From Mobula hypostoma (taxonomy: Eukaryota), in the NCBI RefSeq assembly GCF_963921235.1, contig NC_086097.1, positions 191,644,001 to 191,704,000 on the forward strand: DNA of 60,000 nt, given 5' to 3'. Shown here in pieces: positions 37,297 to 49,442 of the stretch. The position numbers and the translations under genes are program-made. Every line of letters begins with the position of its first letter. Positions within the stretch are counted from its first letter, which is position 1. The notes beneath the pieces are model-generated. The model was not told the origin of the DNA and ran no database searches. It saw only the letters and a program-made list of their open reading frames with translations.

Positions 37297-38294
37297 GTTT
37301 GTACAACTATTTTCCTACTTTATGTACTATCAATAAAACAGAAATATTGATGGCTCTTAATTTCATTAGCAGCAGTTTTGCTGAGTAAGTGCTAGAAATT
37401 TTGTGAACCCTGTAAAACTTTCTAACTCTGTATAAAAATAACGTAAAATGTGATCAGATGTTCACGCAAGTCCTAAAACTAGAGAAAACCCAATTAAAGA
37501 AATAACACAGAACATTATACTTGTTTGTTTATTGAGAAAATGATCCAATATTACATATATTTATTGGAAAAGTGTGAACTTTAGCTTTTGATAATTGGTG
37601 TGGACCCCCCCACCGTACAATAACTTCAGGCATATGTTTCTGGTAACTGTTGATCAGTCCTGCACATAGGCTTGGAGAAATTTTAGGCCGTTCCTCCTTT
37701 CAACTCTGGGATGTTGGTGAGCCTCCTTGCATGATTGGTGAACTGCTTGCTTCAGCTCCTTCCACAACATATCTGTAGGATTAAGGTCAGGACTTTGATT
37801 TGGCCATTCCAAACGTGAAATTTCTTCTGCTTTAACCATTCTTTGGTAGACCTGTGTGTGTGTTTAGGATCGTTGTCTTGCTGCATAACCCATTTTCTCT
37901 TGACCTTCAGTTCACGGACAGATACCCTGATATTTTCCTGTAGAATTTGCTACTATAATTCAGAATTCTCAATTCCATTGATGATGGCAAGCTGTCCTGG
38001 TTCCAAGGCAGCAAAGCAGGCTAAAACCATGAGACTGCCACTATTTGATCGTCACCAAACATAACACTTCTCATTTAAGCTAAAATTTTGGGCTCTTATA
38101 TCCACAGAATATTCTTCCTATAGCCCTTTGGCTTATCCATGTGGTCTTTAGCAAACTTTAGATAGGCAGCAATGTTCTTTTTGGAGGATAGTGGCTTTCT
38201 CTTTGCAATCCTGCCGTGCACACCATTGTTCAGTGTTTTCCTGATGGTAGACTCATGAACACTGACATTAGCCAATGCAAGTGAGGCCTGTAAC

Positions 38295-39945
38295 CTATGT
38301 TCCCTCTAAGCTGTGCGCATGTGCGCGCACGTTTTTCAACCAGTGCACAAAGGAAATTAATGTGCGCACAAAAGGTTAGTTACCTAAAATGTAGTAATTA
38401 ATAATTATACTTATTGAAAATAATCTTTTAGCTATATGTCCGCCATCTTAGGCGGACAGTGTTCATATCGTAAAGTTTACAAAGATCTGTTTCAAATCCT
38501 GTAGATGGCTTACTAAGTTTTTTATTGAAAAAGATCAGTCAAATGACCCTGTGGCTAAATACTGTCACAAGAAATTGACAAAATATCACAAACAAAATAG
38601 GTTTACAGGTTTTAAGTGATGTTTTTGATGAACTGGCTGCACTGTGCAAGATTCTGCAAAAGAGTGGCCTGACACCAATTGATTCACTTCAGTTTGCACA
38701 AGGCAAAATTAACAAGATCTCCCTACCTTCTGTCCAAGACCTCTTTCAGAGTCGATGCCTCCAGAAGACATGGTACATCATTAAAGACCCCTCACACCCT
38801 CTCCATGAACTGTTTGTTGTTCTGCCATCAGGCAAACATCACAGGAGCATCAAAACTAAAACCACAAGGCTACTAAACAGCTTCCTCCCACAGGCAGTCA
38901 GACTGCTAAATAGCTGCTCCACCTGACTCTGCTTTGGACACTTTTAACTTGCACTGGACACTTGTAACTCATTTTAACTGACATGTGGCTGTTGTGTTTT
39001 ACTATTTATTGTTATGTTTATTATTGAGTGTTGTGTTTGTTATGTTATGATTGCACTGCCCCTGAGAAATGCTGTCTCATTCTGCCCTGCAGAGCTGATG
39101 TGTGGTTAGAATGACTGTAAAGTTTTTTGAATCTTGGATCTTTGAATTGAAGCAGTATCTGGGAGACAATGTTTCATGGAGTGACAAAAGTTAAATTTTT
39201 GCTAAGCCAACAACATGAAGAAAACATCACAGTACATAAAGTTTGCTGTTGTCTTTTATAAATAGTCTTTGTGTTCATTTAGAAGAAAGGTTTCCTGAAG
39301 ATGAGGTACAAGAATGGTCAGCTTTTGATTTCTTCGCAATTGCAGATTGTGACTTCACATTTGGCGATGAACAAGTTAATGCCTTGTATCTAATATATCA
39401 TGATTTTCTAGCTGAAAATACTGTAATAGTTTTAATGATTTCAAATTTTCCATGCAAGAGAAAATTAAATCCAAACTGATTTCAAACTTTGCTCAAATGG
39501 TGGCATTTGCACTTCAAAATGAACAGTTTTGTGACCTTGCACAGTTGATGGACATTGAGGGAGCCTTTCTTGCATCTAGTGCGGACTGTGAGTGAGGTTT
39601 TAGCCTAATGAATCAACTCAAAAACAAGCTGAGAAATCGTTTAGGTGAATGTCATTTAGATATGTTAATGAGAATCAAAAGCTATCAATTGGATGGAAGT
39701 TCTGTTAGTCTAGATAGTTTACAAAGAATGGGTAAATGCCAAAGACAGGAGAGAGAAAAAATAACTGAGTGACTTAAATCTGTATGTTATTTTGTTATTC
39801 TGTGCAGTTTTATGTCAAATATTTTGTAAACCTACATAAACTGTGCCATGTGTGCATTCAGTTCGCACATACTTTTGTCACAGGAAAAAAATCTGCATAA
39901 AAGATTTTTGTGCACACTGACTACTAAAAATTAGAGGGAACATTG
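38295..39945 (+). mobile_element. Internally deleted hAT transposon
   Basis: TIRs c(t/a)atgttccctctaa with a perfect 8-bp TSD cctgtaac (38287-38294 and 39946-39953). hATC dimerisation remnant SSADCE*GFSLMNQLKNKLRNRL...LDMLMRI. Confidence 0.88.
38720..39150 (+). mobile_element. Rex1-type LINE 3' fragment inside the hAT element
   Basis: IIKDPSHPLHELF..LPSG...SFLPQAVRLLN, followed by a (ttgaa)-like tail. Confidence 0.75.
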
Positions 39946-42158
39946 CCTGTAACTCCTTAAATGTTACCCTGCAGTTCGTTGTGACCTCATGGAATATTAT
40001 ATGCCATGCTCTTGGTGAGTTTTTTTTTGGGTTGGTCAGCTGCTACTCAGGAGAGTAACAACACTGAATTTCCTCCATTTGTATATCATCTGCCTGACTC
40101 TAAATTGGTGGAGCCCAAACTCTTTAGAAATGGTTTGGTATCTCTTTCTAGCCTGGTGAGCATCAAAACTTTTTTTTCCCCCAGAGGTCCTCAGAAATCT
40201 CCTTTGATCGAGGCGTGGTACACTTTGAAAAATCTTGTAGTGAAGATCAGACTTTGATAGTGAAGACCCAGGTTTATGTTCTTTAAATTGGGCAGGGCTT
40301 CCATACGTGAATGTCATCCCATTGATTGAAACACCTGGCTCTAATTTCCCCTTTAAATCAACTGAATCCTAAAGGTTCCCATACTTTTTTCTAACAAGTA
40401 CATGTAATATTCAATCATTTTTCTGAAATGTTTTTGTATTATTTAATGGATTCTCTTTAGTTTTTGACTTGTAAGACCTGTACACATTTTAGGTAGCTTA
40501 TGTGGAAATAGAGAAAATTCTAAAGGGTTCACAAACTTTCTAGTACCACTGTAGATTTACCATTCAGCCAACAAACAATTTTAATCCCAACTGAATTGAC
40601 ATTACCTAGCATGCATGTCAATAAATTTGAACGTTTAAAGTTAAATTTAATTTGACGATTAGAATTAGCGTTTGGCAGATGCTTCTAAATACTTATTTCA
40701 CCTAATATTACACAGTTCAAATATTTGAAGTATATTTGAAGTATATGTGCAGTAATCTGTATAGGTATTAATCTATCTTAAAATAGTCAAGTAAATGTTG
40801 CATCAAGAGGAAAAGAAAGAAAGAGTAGTTATCATTGTCATCAAGATGCCTTAAAACTCATTGCATTCTAAATCCCCAGCAGAACTAAGCAAGTGAGAAA
40901 AGAGCCATTTGTCAGTCATGCCTGTCAAAGGAAGACTGGCTTGTGGAGTCCAGTGGCCTAGTGATGACCTGGTTTTTAGTTGTAGGATTGTCCTTAGCTC
41001 AAAAATCTTTGTCATGCATTTCGCAAAGCAGAGTTATTCGCTGATTTTATTCCACTTATGTCCTTTAACATCTCTGATGACGAAGTAGCATATTTTGACC
41101 TGCAGCAAGATCTGGTTAGCATTCAGATTTGCTTCAAGAACGGCCAACAGCGTTCCTGCAGCAAACTTACCGGATAGGGATTTTAAAGAAACCCAAACTA
41201 TCTTCCCTTGAAATACAACTGCAATTCTTAATCTACTAATCAACTGCCAGTATCTTCATAATTACTCTGACCTTGAGATTAACAGCACTAAAATGTATTT
41301 GCAGCTTTATATTTGTGGGGAAAGGCTAGTTACTTTTGTGATCACCTGTTTCAAAATCTATTGACTATCCATGTAATTATGATTAATTCCAAGTTAACAG
41401 TGGGATTATAATCACCCAAATAGTTGATTGTCCATAATATCAAGAAGTTCAGCATCAATCAGGACTAAAATATTATTTGAAAATTATTACGTATCGCTAA
41501 TAGTGTTGTAAATATATTCATTTGTTATTTAAATTATTCTGCGAGCTTGCATTATTTTCTCCTGTCAAAAATACATGTAGCTTGTGTATCTACAAAGCTT
41601 TAAAATGGCATTTAATTTTCAGAAACTGACAGTCACAAATATTTGCTTTGAAGGCTTGTGACATTTGGCGGGTTAGTTTGATTCTACATGGCCTTCAAAC
41701 CAAATTTGTCAATTTGAGTTAACTTTTTCTGTACAGTTGAAAGTCTTATTAAGTGACCTCATTTATTAAATCACTCAGGCATTATGATTAATAGAAAAGT
41801 TGGAATGTTGCTAGCATTTATGAAATGGAGGTGATTCAAGAAATTTAAATACAAGCTATCTTTAAATTAAGTTCATTTTGTAGTCATGCAAATCTTAGAT
41901 TTAAGATCTAATATAAACTATTTTTCATAGGTTATCAAAATGTTGCTCACCAAAGCAGCTTAAGTATTATAACAGGAACTGTATAGTTTTATATATCGCA
42001 CCTTTTTTGCATTTGGTAAGATATGCAAATAGCTTCATTGACCACAATTTGACAGAGGATATCAAGCAATATCTGGAATGAATGATAAAAGCTTGACCAT
42101 TGAGTTGGGCTTTAAGGAGCATTTGGAGAAGTAAAATTGTTCTTCAAATTTTTTTCAG

Positions 42159-42307
42159 TTGAAGGAGATGTTTCCTGGCTTTCGTCTCGCACTTCCTCCC
42201 AAACGTTGGTTCAAGGATAATTACGACCCTAATTTTCTTGAAGAACGTCAACTTGGCCTTCAAGCATTTCTGCAAAATCTAGTAGCTCACAAAGATATTG
42301 CTAATAG
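42159..42307 (+). CDS. SNX16: Sorting nexin 16, coding exon 3 (PX domain)
   Basis: tttttcag|TTG...AATAG|gtatgt, 149 nt. Translates [49 protein letters not shown]. Confidence 0.97.
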
Positions 42308-42720
42308 GTATGTGAGGTAGTTTAAGTTTGATGTGCACAATTGGATCTTTGGTTTTAACAGGACAAATTGTGGCATGATACTTGTTCCTCTGAATAGATG
42401 AAAGGCATAATTTAACTCTGCCTTAATTTAATCAGCTCATTTGCCAACTTGTGTTGCCAAGTGATAACAAATAATCAGCTCTGAAACCAGCGTTAACAGG
42501 GAGTTCTGCCAGTTTGCAATAGTGTTTCAAAATGTTCAGAATCACTTGGAGATGGAAACATCAAGATGACAGACAAGTAGAAAATCAGTAATGTTCATTT
42601 CTTTCTACACCACATTTACAAATAAAGGCACAAAAACAAGCAACTTGTAAATGTGCATGATCTGGCACGTGCTGCTTTTAACCACAATTGCTTTACAGTG
42701 ACCGTCTTGGTCCATTACAA

Positions 42721-42898
42721 CAGTGGTCCCCAACCACCAGGCCGTGAGCATGTGCTACTGGGCCGCGCAGAAACGATATAAGTCAGCTGTACCTTTCCTC
42801 ATTCCCTGTCACGCACTGTTGAACTTGAACACCACCACCACCCCCCCCCCCCCGCCTGGGGTCGGCCGGTCTGCGGTGCGCAGAGGGTTGTAGACCCA
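42721..42898. mobile_element. Short hAT/Charlie-like MITE remnant
   Basis: Left end cagtggtccccaacc; degenerate right end gggttgtagaccc; a GC-rich island in AT-rich intron. Confidence 0.45.
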
Positions 42899-43832
42899 TA
42901 AGTTAATAAAATATTCAAAATGCATGTCGTGCTCAGCATAGAAAACAGTAAGCCTGTTCTCCAGTTGCTTTAGACTTGTTACTAGATCAAGATTTCAGAA
43001 AAACTCCTGTGGTAGCTAGTTTGCCCTGGCTATTCCGTGTAAAAGCACCCTACACACTGACGTTTGGGACTCGTGGGCTTGTGCAGTCTGTTGCCCTCGC
43101 AGTTCGTTGCTTACAAAGCTAGGCAGGGAGTTAAACACCTCAAATCATCTGAGCCCAAAAGCTTTCTTCAAGGTTTTTAATGAGAGAACTTTGAAACTGT
43201 GGACAGTTAAGTAAAATGCATATTAGATTCGGTACAGAATTGTCACGCACCTTAATATACAAATATTTTCAATTCTTCTCATGGTCAGTGTTAAGCAAGG
43301 CAATGCACACATGTAACATTCTACAGCTATGCCATGGACTAGAGTGAACTTGTGGAGTAGTGATAGTTTAATAGCAATAAACATGATACTTCCTTGAATG
43401 TACATGTACTAATTGCTTACCAGTATTAAAGTCTAAGACTCAGATACTGCTGTTTCAAGGGCACATAAAGAGTGAATGGAGATTAATGTTTTTCTACCTT
43501 GTTTGCTCTAAATCAAAATCCAAATTAACCCGTGCAGGAAATGATCCCAATAAACAGCTTACAAACAGGAAGTGATGTTGACACAAAAAGAACTCCATGC
43601 AAAATGAACAGTACTTCTAGAGGTGGAACAGGTAGTGAGTCCCATTATTTTGACCCAAGGGAAGGAATACTTGTATATTCTGATGGGGGAGAATTTGTCA
43701 GTATTGTGTTCTTGGATCATTCGAGGTGGTAGCCTTGAGATATGTTCAGAGTTAAAATCAAATGCTATCAAAACTAGATCTTGTAAAAGTTACTTTAATA
43801 AAATCAATTAACATTGTTTTTTGTTCTTCCAG

Positions 43833-43902
43833 CACTTCAGTGAGGGAGTTTTTGTGTCTAGATGATCCACCAGGTCCCTTTGACAGTTTAGAAGAGAGTA
43901 GG
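43833..43902 (+). CDS. SNX16: Sorting nexin 16, coding exon 4
   Basis: ttcttccag|C...AGG|gtaagt, 70 nt. Translates (S)[23 protein letters not shown]; phases match both neighbouring exons. Confidence 0.97.
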
Positions 43903-44639
43903 GTAAGTTTTTGTTTCATTATCAGGGTGTGTGAGTGGGCTTTGTACAAATGTCATTTTATTTTTTGTAGACATTGAAGATTGTTAGGAGAGGCTGATAT
44001 TGATACAACTGGTTCTAATATAACATTGGGCAGGATTATGCAAGTCACAAACATAGCCAGATTTTAGTGGAGAAGTAAGACTGAAGTTTTACTAAAAATG
44101 TTAACTGAGCTGTACTGTTATTTGATCTTAGTTCCATTGACAGTGCTTGGACGTTTCTTTTTACTAGTACTGCAGAAGTTGGTTGAAAATAGTGCATGGT
44201 TAAGTTTGGGAGTAAAAGGATTTTGTATTTATACTTGCATAACTGTCAATGTGGGTTCCAGATTTGTTAGTTTTGCTCGTGCTCTTTATGTGAATAAGTG
44301 GAGGTTAATGGGTATCAATTGTTTACATTTCAGACTTAAATTGTAGCTGTCTTCTGTGGAAATTTAAACTAATGAAATCAAAATCTTGAATTATTTCAAA
44401 GTTAGATATAATTTAGTGCTTCCTATTAGAGTACCAACATCCTAATTGTAACTTACAAAGTTCTTTGTTCTTTCTAGGAGTGTATATACAGTAGACTGAT
44501 CTATTTGAATTTCAGGAACCTTGACTGTATGATTTTTTTTTGCTCTTTGTTACTTGTGCTGATTCCCTTAATAAAGTTTACAAAATGTTCTCCAGTGAAA
44601 CACAAATTTGTGCTCCTTTGACCATGTTGCCATTGAAGT

Positions 44640-45725
44640 TCGAAATAAATTTATGTCACTATGTACATTCCTGAAATTTGTTTTTTGTGGGCATACTCAA
44701 TAACTCCAATAGCCGTAATAGAAGCAATGAAAGACTGCACCAACCGGTTATACAACCAGTGTGCAAAAGACAGTGAATTGTGCAAATACAAAAAAGAAAA
44801 AACTAATAAACAATTACTATCAAACAGGAGATGAAGAATCCTTGGAAGTGAGTCCTTAGATTGAGGGAGCATCTCAATGTTGGGGCAAATGAAGGTATTA
44901 ATAGGGTAAATGCAAGCAGGCTATTTCCACTGAAATTGGGTGAGACTACAACTAGAGGTCATGGGTTAAAGGGTGAAAGATAAAATGTTTAAGGAAAGCA
45001 TAAGGGGAGAAACATCAGTGGTCAAAGTATGGAATGAGCTGCCAGTGTAAGTAGTGAGTGTGATTTTAATTTCAACAAATAAGAGAAGTTTGGATAGGTA
45101 CATGGATGGGAGGGGTATAGCGGGTGATGGTCCGGGTTCAGGTCATGGGATTAAGCAGTTTAAATAGTTCAGCCTGGACTAGAGGGGCCAAAGGGCCTGT
45201 TTCTGTGCTGTAGTTTTCTATGACTCTATTGTTAAGGAGTTTTGTGTAGTTTTGATCACTTTGATATGGGAAAGATGTTAAACTAGAAAGAGTGCAAAAA
45301 GATTGACCAGGATGTTGCCTGGACTTGGGGGTCCTGAGTTAGGAGGAGAGGGGGAGGTTGTGTAGACTAGCCTTGATTCCTGGAAATGGAGAGGCTTGAT
45401 GGAGGTTTAAAGCATCTTCTCCCTGTGCTTTCACAGTGAGACGTGCTTTTTAACCTCTATCAGCTCCTAGATGTGGTTGGGGAAATAAAAGGCATAGGCT
45501 TAAATTCAGAGGCGTGCAATTTAAAGCGGGTATCAGGGAAGGCAGTTTCATGCAAAGTAATGTGCTGCCAGAAAATGGTTGATGTGGGCACATTAGCAAT
45601 GCTAAAAGCCATCTAGATAAGTTCATGGATAGAAGCGCTTTCGTGGCCTGTAGTCCTAATGCAGTGAGCACGTTGGGTAACACAGTCAGCATGGCTGAGT
45701 AGTGCTAAAGGGTTTGCTGGTATAC
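44640..45725. mobile_element. Cluster of LINE 3' remnants (Rex1 tail on -, two CR1 ends on +)
   Basis: 44640-44880 is similar in reverse to 58690-58950. 44895-45230 ends gggccaaagggcctgtttctgtgctgtag...tatgactctat. Confidence 0.65.
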
Positions 45726-45881
45726 TTAAGAATAGCTCAAGTCTATAGCATTTGTTAAAAGGTCCTTAATCCTCTAGATTAATCATTGTCCCTTTGACAT
45801 ATTTTCAAATTTTGTATTGCAGTTGTAATAAGAGCAGAATTTAATGAAAAATGTAGAATATTAAATGTTGCCCCTCCACAG

Positions 45882-46018
45882 GCATTTTGTGAAACCTTGG
45901 AAGAAACTAACTACAGACTACAAAAGGAACTTGCTGACAAACAGAAAGAAATTGAATCTTTGAAGAGATTATTGGAAGAAAAGCATCTTCATGTAGAATT
46001 TTTAGAAAATAGAGTAAG
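45882..46018 (+). CDS. SNX16: Sorting nexin 16, coding exon 5 (coiled coil)
   Basis: ctccacag|GCA...GTAAG|gtatta, 137 nt. Translates [45 protein letters not shown]. Confidence 0.96.
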
Positions 46019-47045
46019 GTATTAAAACTTTAATGGAGTCTGTTTATTTTTGTGAATTGTAAATGTTATAAGCAGCCGTCTTTTTTTAAATCACTACTTC
46101 AATAATAAGGTCATTCAGTTTTCATTCAATCAATAAATTATACAGCTGTGTGCTTGGGTTTAGGGGTATCTGGTTGACTGCAAAAGTGTCAGAATTGGAT
46201 TGAGGGGTGTATCTGAATTGTGATTTAACCAAATTATTGGAAGTAGTTTTTGGAACTTCAAGATCAAATCATGAAAATTACTGCTTTAGCATTTGATTTC
46301 CAATGGCTTTGTTTAAAAACTCTGGCAATAGTGTGAGGACATGGTTCACCTTCCTTTAATTCTACAATTATAGAAACTTTTTTTTTAAAAAAAACTTCAT
46401 CGTGTAGCCTCAGAATACCACTTCATGTCATTTTAGGTTTCTGTTGCTTTGTTGTCTTAACCGGTTCTGAATCCCGAAACCTAACAGCATTGAGGGATCC
46501 CTTCAGGGAACTGTAGCAGTTCATAACCATCTTAAAGAAGATGGGGGGGGGGGGGGGAGGGTAATAAAATGCTGGCCTTGCCTCTGATGCCTGAAAATGA
46601 CAATTGGAATATGAGGAACCTTTTGAAGATCATTCCATTGCTGTACAATAATGCTGGATTGTACAACAGTTCAAGTGGGTTCTTGACAGCTTTTGAAAAG
46701 AATTGCAGAATCTTCAGCAATTGTTTAATTTTTATTTTGTATATTCTATGGTGAAAGCTTAGACTTTTTTCCTTTCCCTATCTGAGCATCAATAATTGAA
46801 CAAGTGGCACTGTACACACGCTTCTCAAGTTCAGAGAAAAGCCATCCCTTGACGATGATTTAAAAATCCTTCTCAATCATTCTGGTTGGTTTGCAAGATC
46901 TTTTTATTTGAATTGATGTTCTGCTTTTTTGCTTCCTTTGTCATATTGTGCCAGACTCAATATAAAGTGCACCATATGCAGTAGAACTAGTTGCACAAAT
47001 TCACAGTAGTACTTCTATATTGACATGTTGTATTTTCTTTTATAG

Positions 47046-47162
47046 GGAATTAAGCTTGGAACAAGAAAACACCCGTAGGCCCTCTGGGCAGGACAGTGAA
47101 TGTAGTGGGGAAGTTGAGTCCTCGGCTATAGAAGCTGATCAAGCTGTAATAGAGGATAACAG
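47046..47162 (+). CDS. SNX16: Sorting nexin 16, coding exon 6
   Basis: ttctttatag|G...AACAG|gtagca, 117 nt, phase 2 to phase 2. Translates (R)ELSLEQENTRRPSGQDSECSGEVESSAIEADQAVIEDN, matching the LSLE...VESSALEVDQ motif of SNX16. Confidence 0.92.
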
Positions 47163-47502
47163 GTAGCAATATCCTTGATCTTCCTCCTTGGGTTTTATTT
47201 CCTTAGAAATGTATACTTAAAATGGCATTCAACAATCTTTCACACAGATAAAATAGACTGTCCCAATAGCCTGGAAGTTGTAATAGAATATCTTAATGAT
47301 TCCTGAGGGTTGGAAGAAACTGATGTCTGGAAACTATATTCTGCCACTGGCAGAGATTGGGCCAAGGGAATCTTTGAATATCAGGATAAGAGGTTGGCCA
47401 TTTAGAAATAAGATGCAAGATGCCTTGGGCTTAAATCTTTGGATTTCAAAGAGCTGTAGATGTTCAGATATTCAGAACATTTTAGCTAGGACTCTGGGCA
47501 CA

Positions 47503-48160
47503 CAGTGGATTCTGGTTAATTGAGCCATCAGTTAATCGGAGCATTCGTTTGTTTAGGACAACTCTTGAAGAACAAAAGCTAATCAAGAAAATTGCTAGGA
47601 TTTTCTTCAATTATTTGGAACACTGTACCGCTTAATTGAGGCAGGAGACCGTTGCTGAACAGGTTCTAAATAGTGGCAGTCATTGGCACTTGTGTGGAGT
47701 TAGATGCTATGCCATGCTTAGAGCTATCAATTTTTAAATGGCGTCAGATGTGTGTTTGTGTTCAAAAAGCAGGTTTTTTTTTGCCACTGATATTTGGCAA
47801 GGGATAAGCAGTAAGCAAATTCAGAACTATTTGCTCATTACGGTTTTTAGCATTCAGACTTGGAAATGCCAGAAATGTCTCGGAGTGAAAATGAAACTAT
47901 TTCACTACAAGTTAGGAACTACGAACAACTTAAAGGTATGAATAATCATATTGAATATTACAATGAAAATGAAGATCTGGAGGATGCAATCATCGATAGT
48001 ATTTTATGAAGGCATTGCTGATTTTGTTCATAGCGTACACTGGATGAATTTTTCCATTGATTACTGTTGGAAACTAATTCAGTTTTATGGTAATGTTCTA
48101 ATTTCTGTATTTTAAAAATATGTTACTCAGTTTTCTATACCATTTTTTAACTATTTCACA
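47503..48160. mobile_element. Tigger-like non-autonomous element (family of 8574-9367), truncated
   Basis: Starts cagtggattctggttaattg and is collinear with 8574-9290. Confidence 0.65.
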
Positions 48161-48949
48161 GTTCACTATAGAATACAATTTGCTCTGGGAATTTATTTGG
48201 GGAGGTGGGGGAAATGGGAAAGGATAAAACAATTCAGCTCTAACTCATTTCTTGACGTATCCACAAATTGACTTCACTTTGTATATTAAAAATAATCAGC
48301 TGGACTACCTGGAACACCTCCCCCAACACCCTGTAACACAAGTTGCCAGTAGTGAAATGGGTTATATATTGATTTCCTCCCTCTCCCTTCTCTACTGCTT
48401 GATGAGGGTAACTTTCTTGTGGATTCTGACTTGCTTCCAGCCAGGAGTATAGTACTGTACACTTCTAAGTGCACCAATTCCACAAAGTACAAAACTCCAA
48501 TTTCGTACTGTTCAGAAATTCAAATGATTTGACATGCTCCCTTCTGACCTTACGGAGCCCTCGGGAAACTTGTCATGCTGTGTAACATCTTCTGAAAGTG
48601 AATTCAAATGAGCCATCCTATCAGTTCTTAGAATAATGATTGGTCCAGTGTCTTTCAAGTACTGTCACCTAAAAGTTCCAAGGTAGTGAATTCTCAGAAG
48701 CTTAAGATTATATAGTCATCAAAATAATGTGGTTGTTCAGACCCTTAACAATCATCCAGAGTGTTGTTTGAATTCGCATTTTAGTTTGGAATTTTTCACT
48801 TAGTTTTTCACCAATGGAATTATTTTCAGTCTGATTCTCAAAGCCAAACTCATGATTTGACAGACTGCTGCCCCCGTGAAGCATTATGACTTTTGCCCTA
48901 TCTGTGCTGATTTTAATCTTTGCTCACTTGTGTATTATTTTTCTTGCAG

Positions 48950-48978
48950 ACTATATTTGTCTCCTTGCCTAGATTTTG
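48950..48978 (+). CDS. SNX16: Candidate 29-nt SNX16 micro-exon (R)LYLSPCLDF
   Basis: Strong acceptor (tattatttttcttgcag) and donor (TTG|gtatgt). Open in the incoming phase-2 frame. PCLDF resembles the PCLSF motif I recall in the mammalian SNX16 C-terminus. Confidence 0.5.
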
Positions 48979-49336
48979 GTATGTGTGGGGAGATTGTAAA
49001 CCAAGAATGACCATTTAACATTAACATGAAAGAAAATCCTGTCTGTTGAGTGAATTTTTGTTTACTGCATTTCCTACAAGTGCAACCTCATTTCAAAAGT
49101 GTCTTTATCATTGGTTGTAAAGAGCTTTGTTCCTGCTAATGCAGTCTGTCCTCAATATTCTGCCTTGAAGTTTCAAGTAGTTGCTGAATAGGAACTGAAT
49201 ATGGAAAAAGGGCCCAAAGTAGTATTTGTGGAGAGGAAAACATCTGTGAACTTTGTCTCATTCCATTTAATGCCACTTTTAAGGAAAGGTGCTGCTATTT
49301 GCATTTCTGCTCTCAATTTGTTTAATAATTTTTCAG

Positions 49337-49442
49337 TTTAGGGATGGAGTCTGATAAAGAACAATCCACAGCCTGCCAGAATAATCCTATAACTGAAACT
49401 TCATCAGTAGAAGAAGCCCAAGCTGCTGAAGAAGACAAATAG
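49337..49442 (+). CDS. SNX16: Sorting nexin 16, last coding exon
   Basis: tttttcag|T TTA GGG ATG...GAA GAA GAC AAA TAG. Translates (S)LGMESDKEQSTACQNNPITETSSVEEAQAAEEDK*; the acidic AEED end matches the SNX16 C-terminus. Confidence 0.88.

Larger units (their letters stand above)
37385..40551 (-). mobile_element. Decayed Tc1 transposon with a nested hAT element
   Basis: Ends gtgctagaaattttgtgaaccc and gggttcacaaactttctagtaccactg|ta. Remnants [21 protein letters not shown] and YQTISKEFGLHQ..VRQMIYKWRKF. Confidence 0.85.

Noticed and set aside
46541..46561. Poly-G/poly-C runs (also near 17704 and 42840) as functional G-quadruplexes
   Set aside because: These are simple homopolymers, common in this sequence and prone to length error, with no supporting context.
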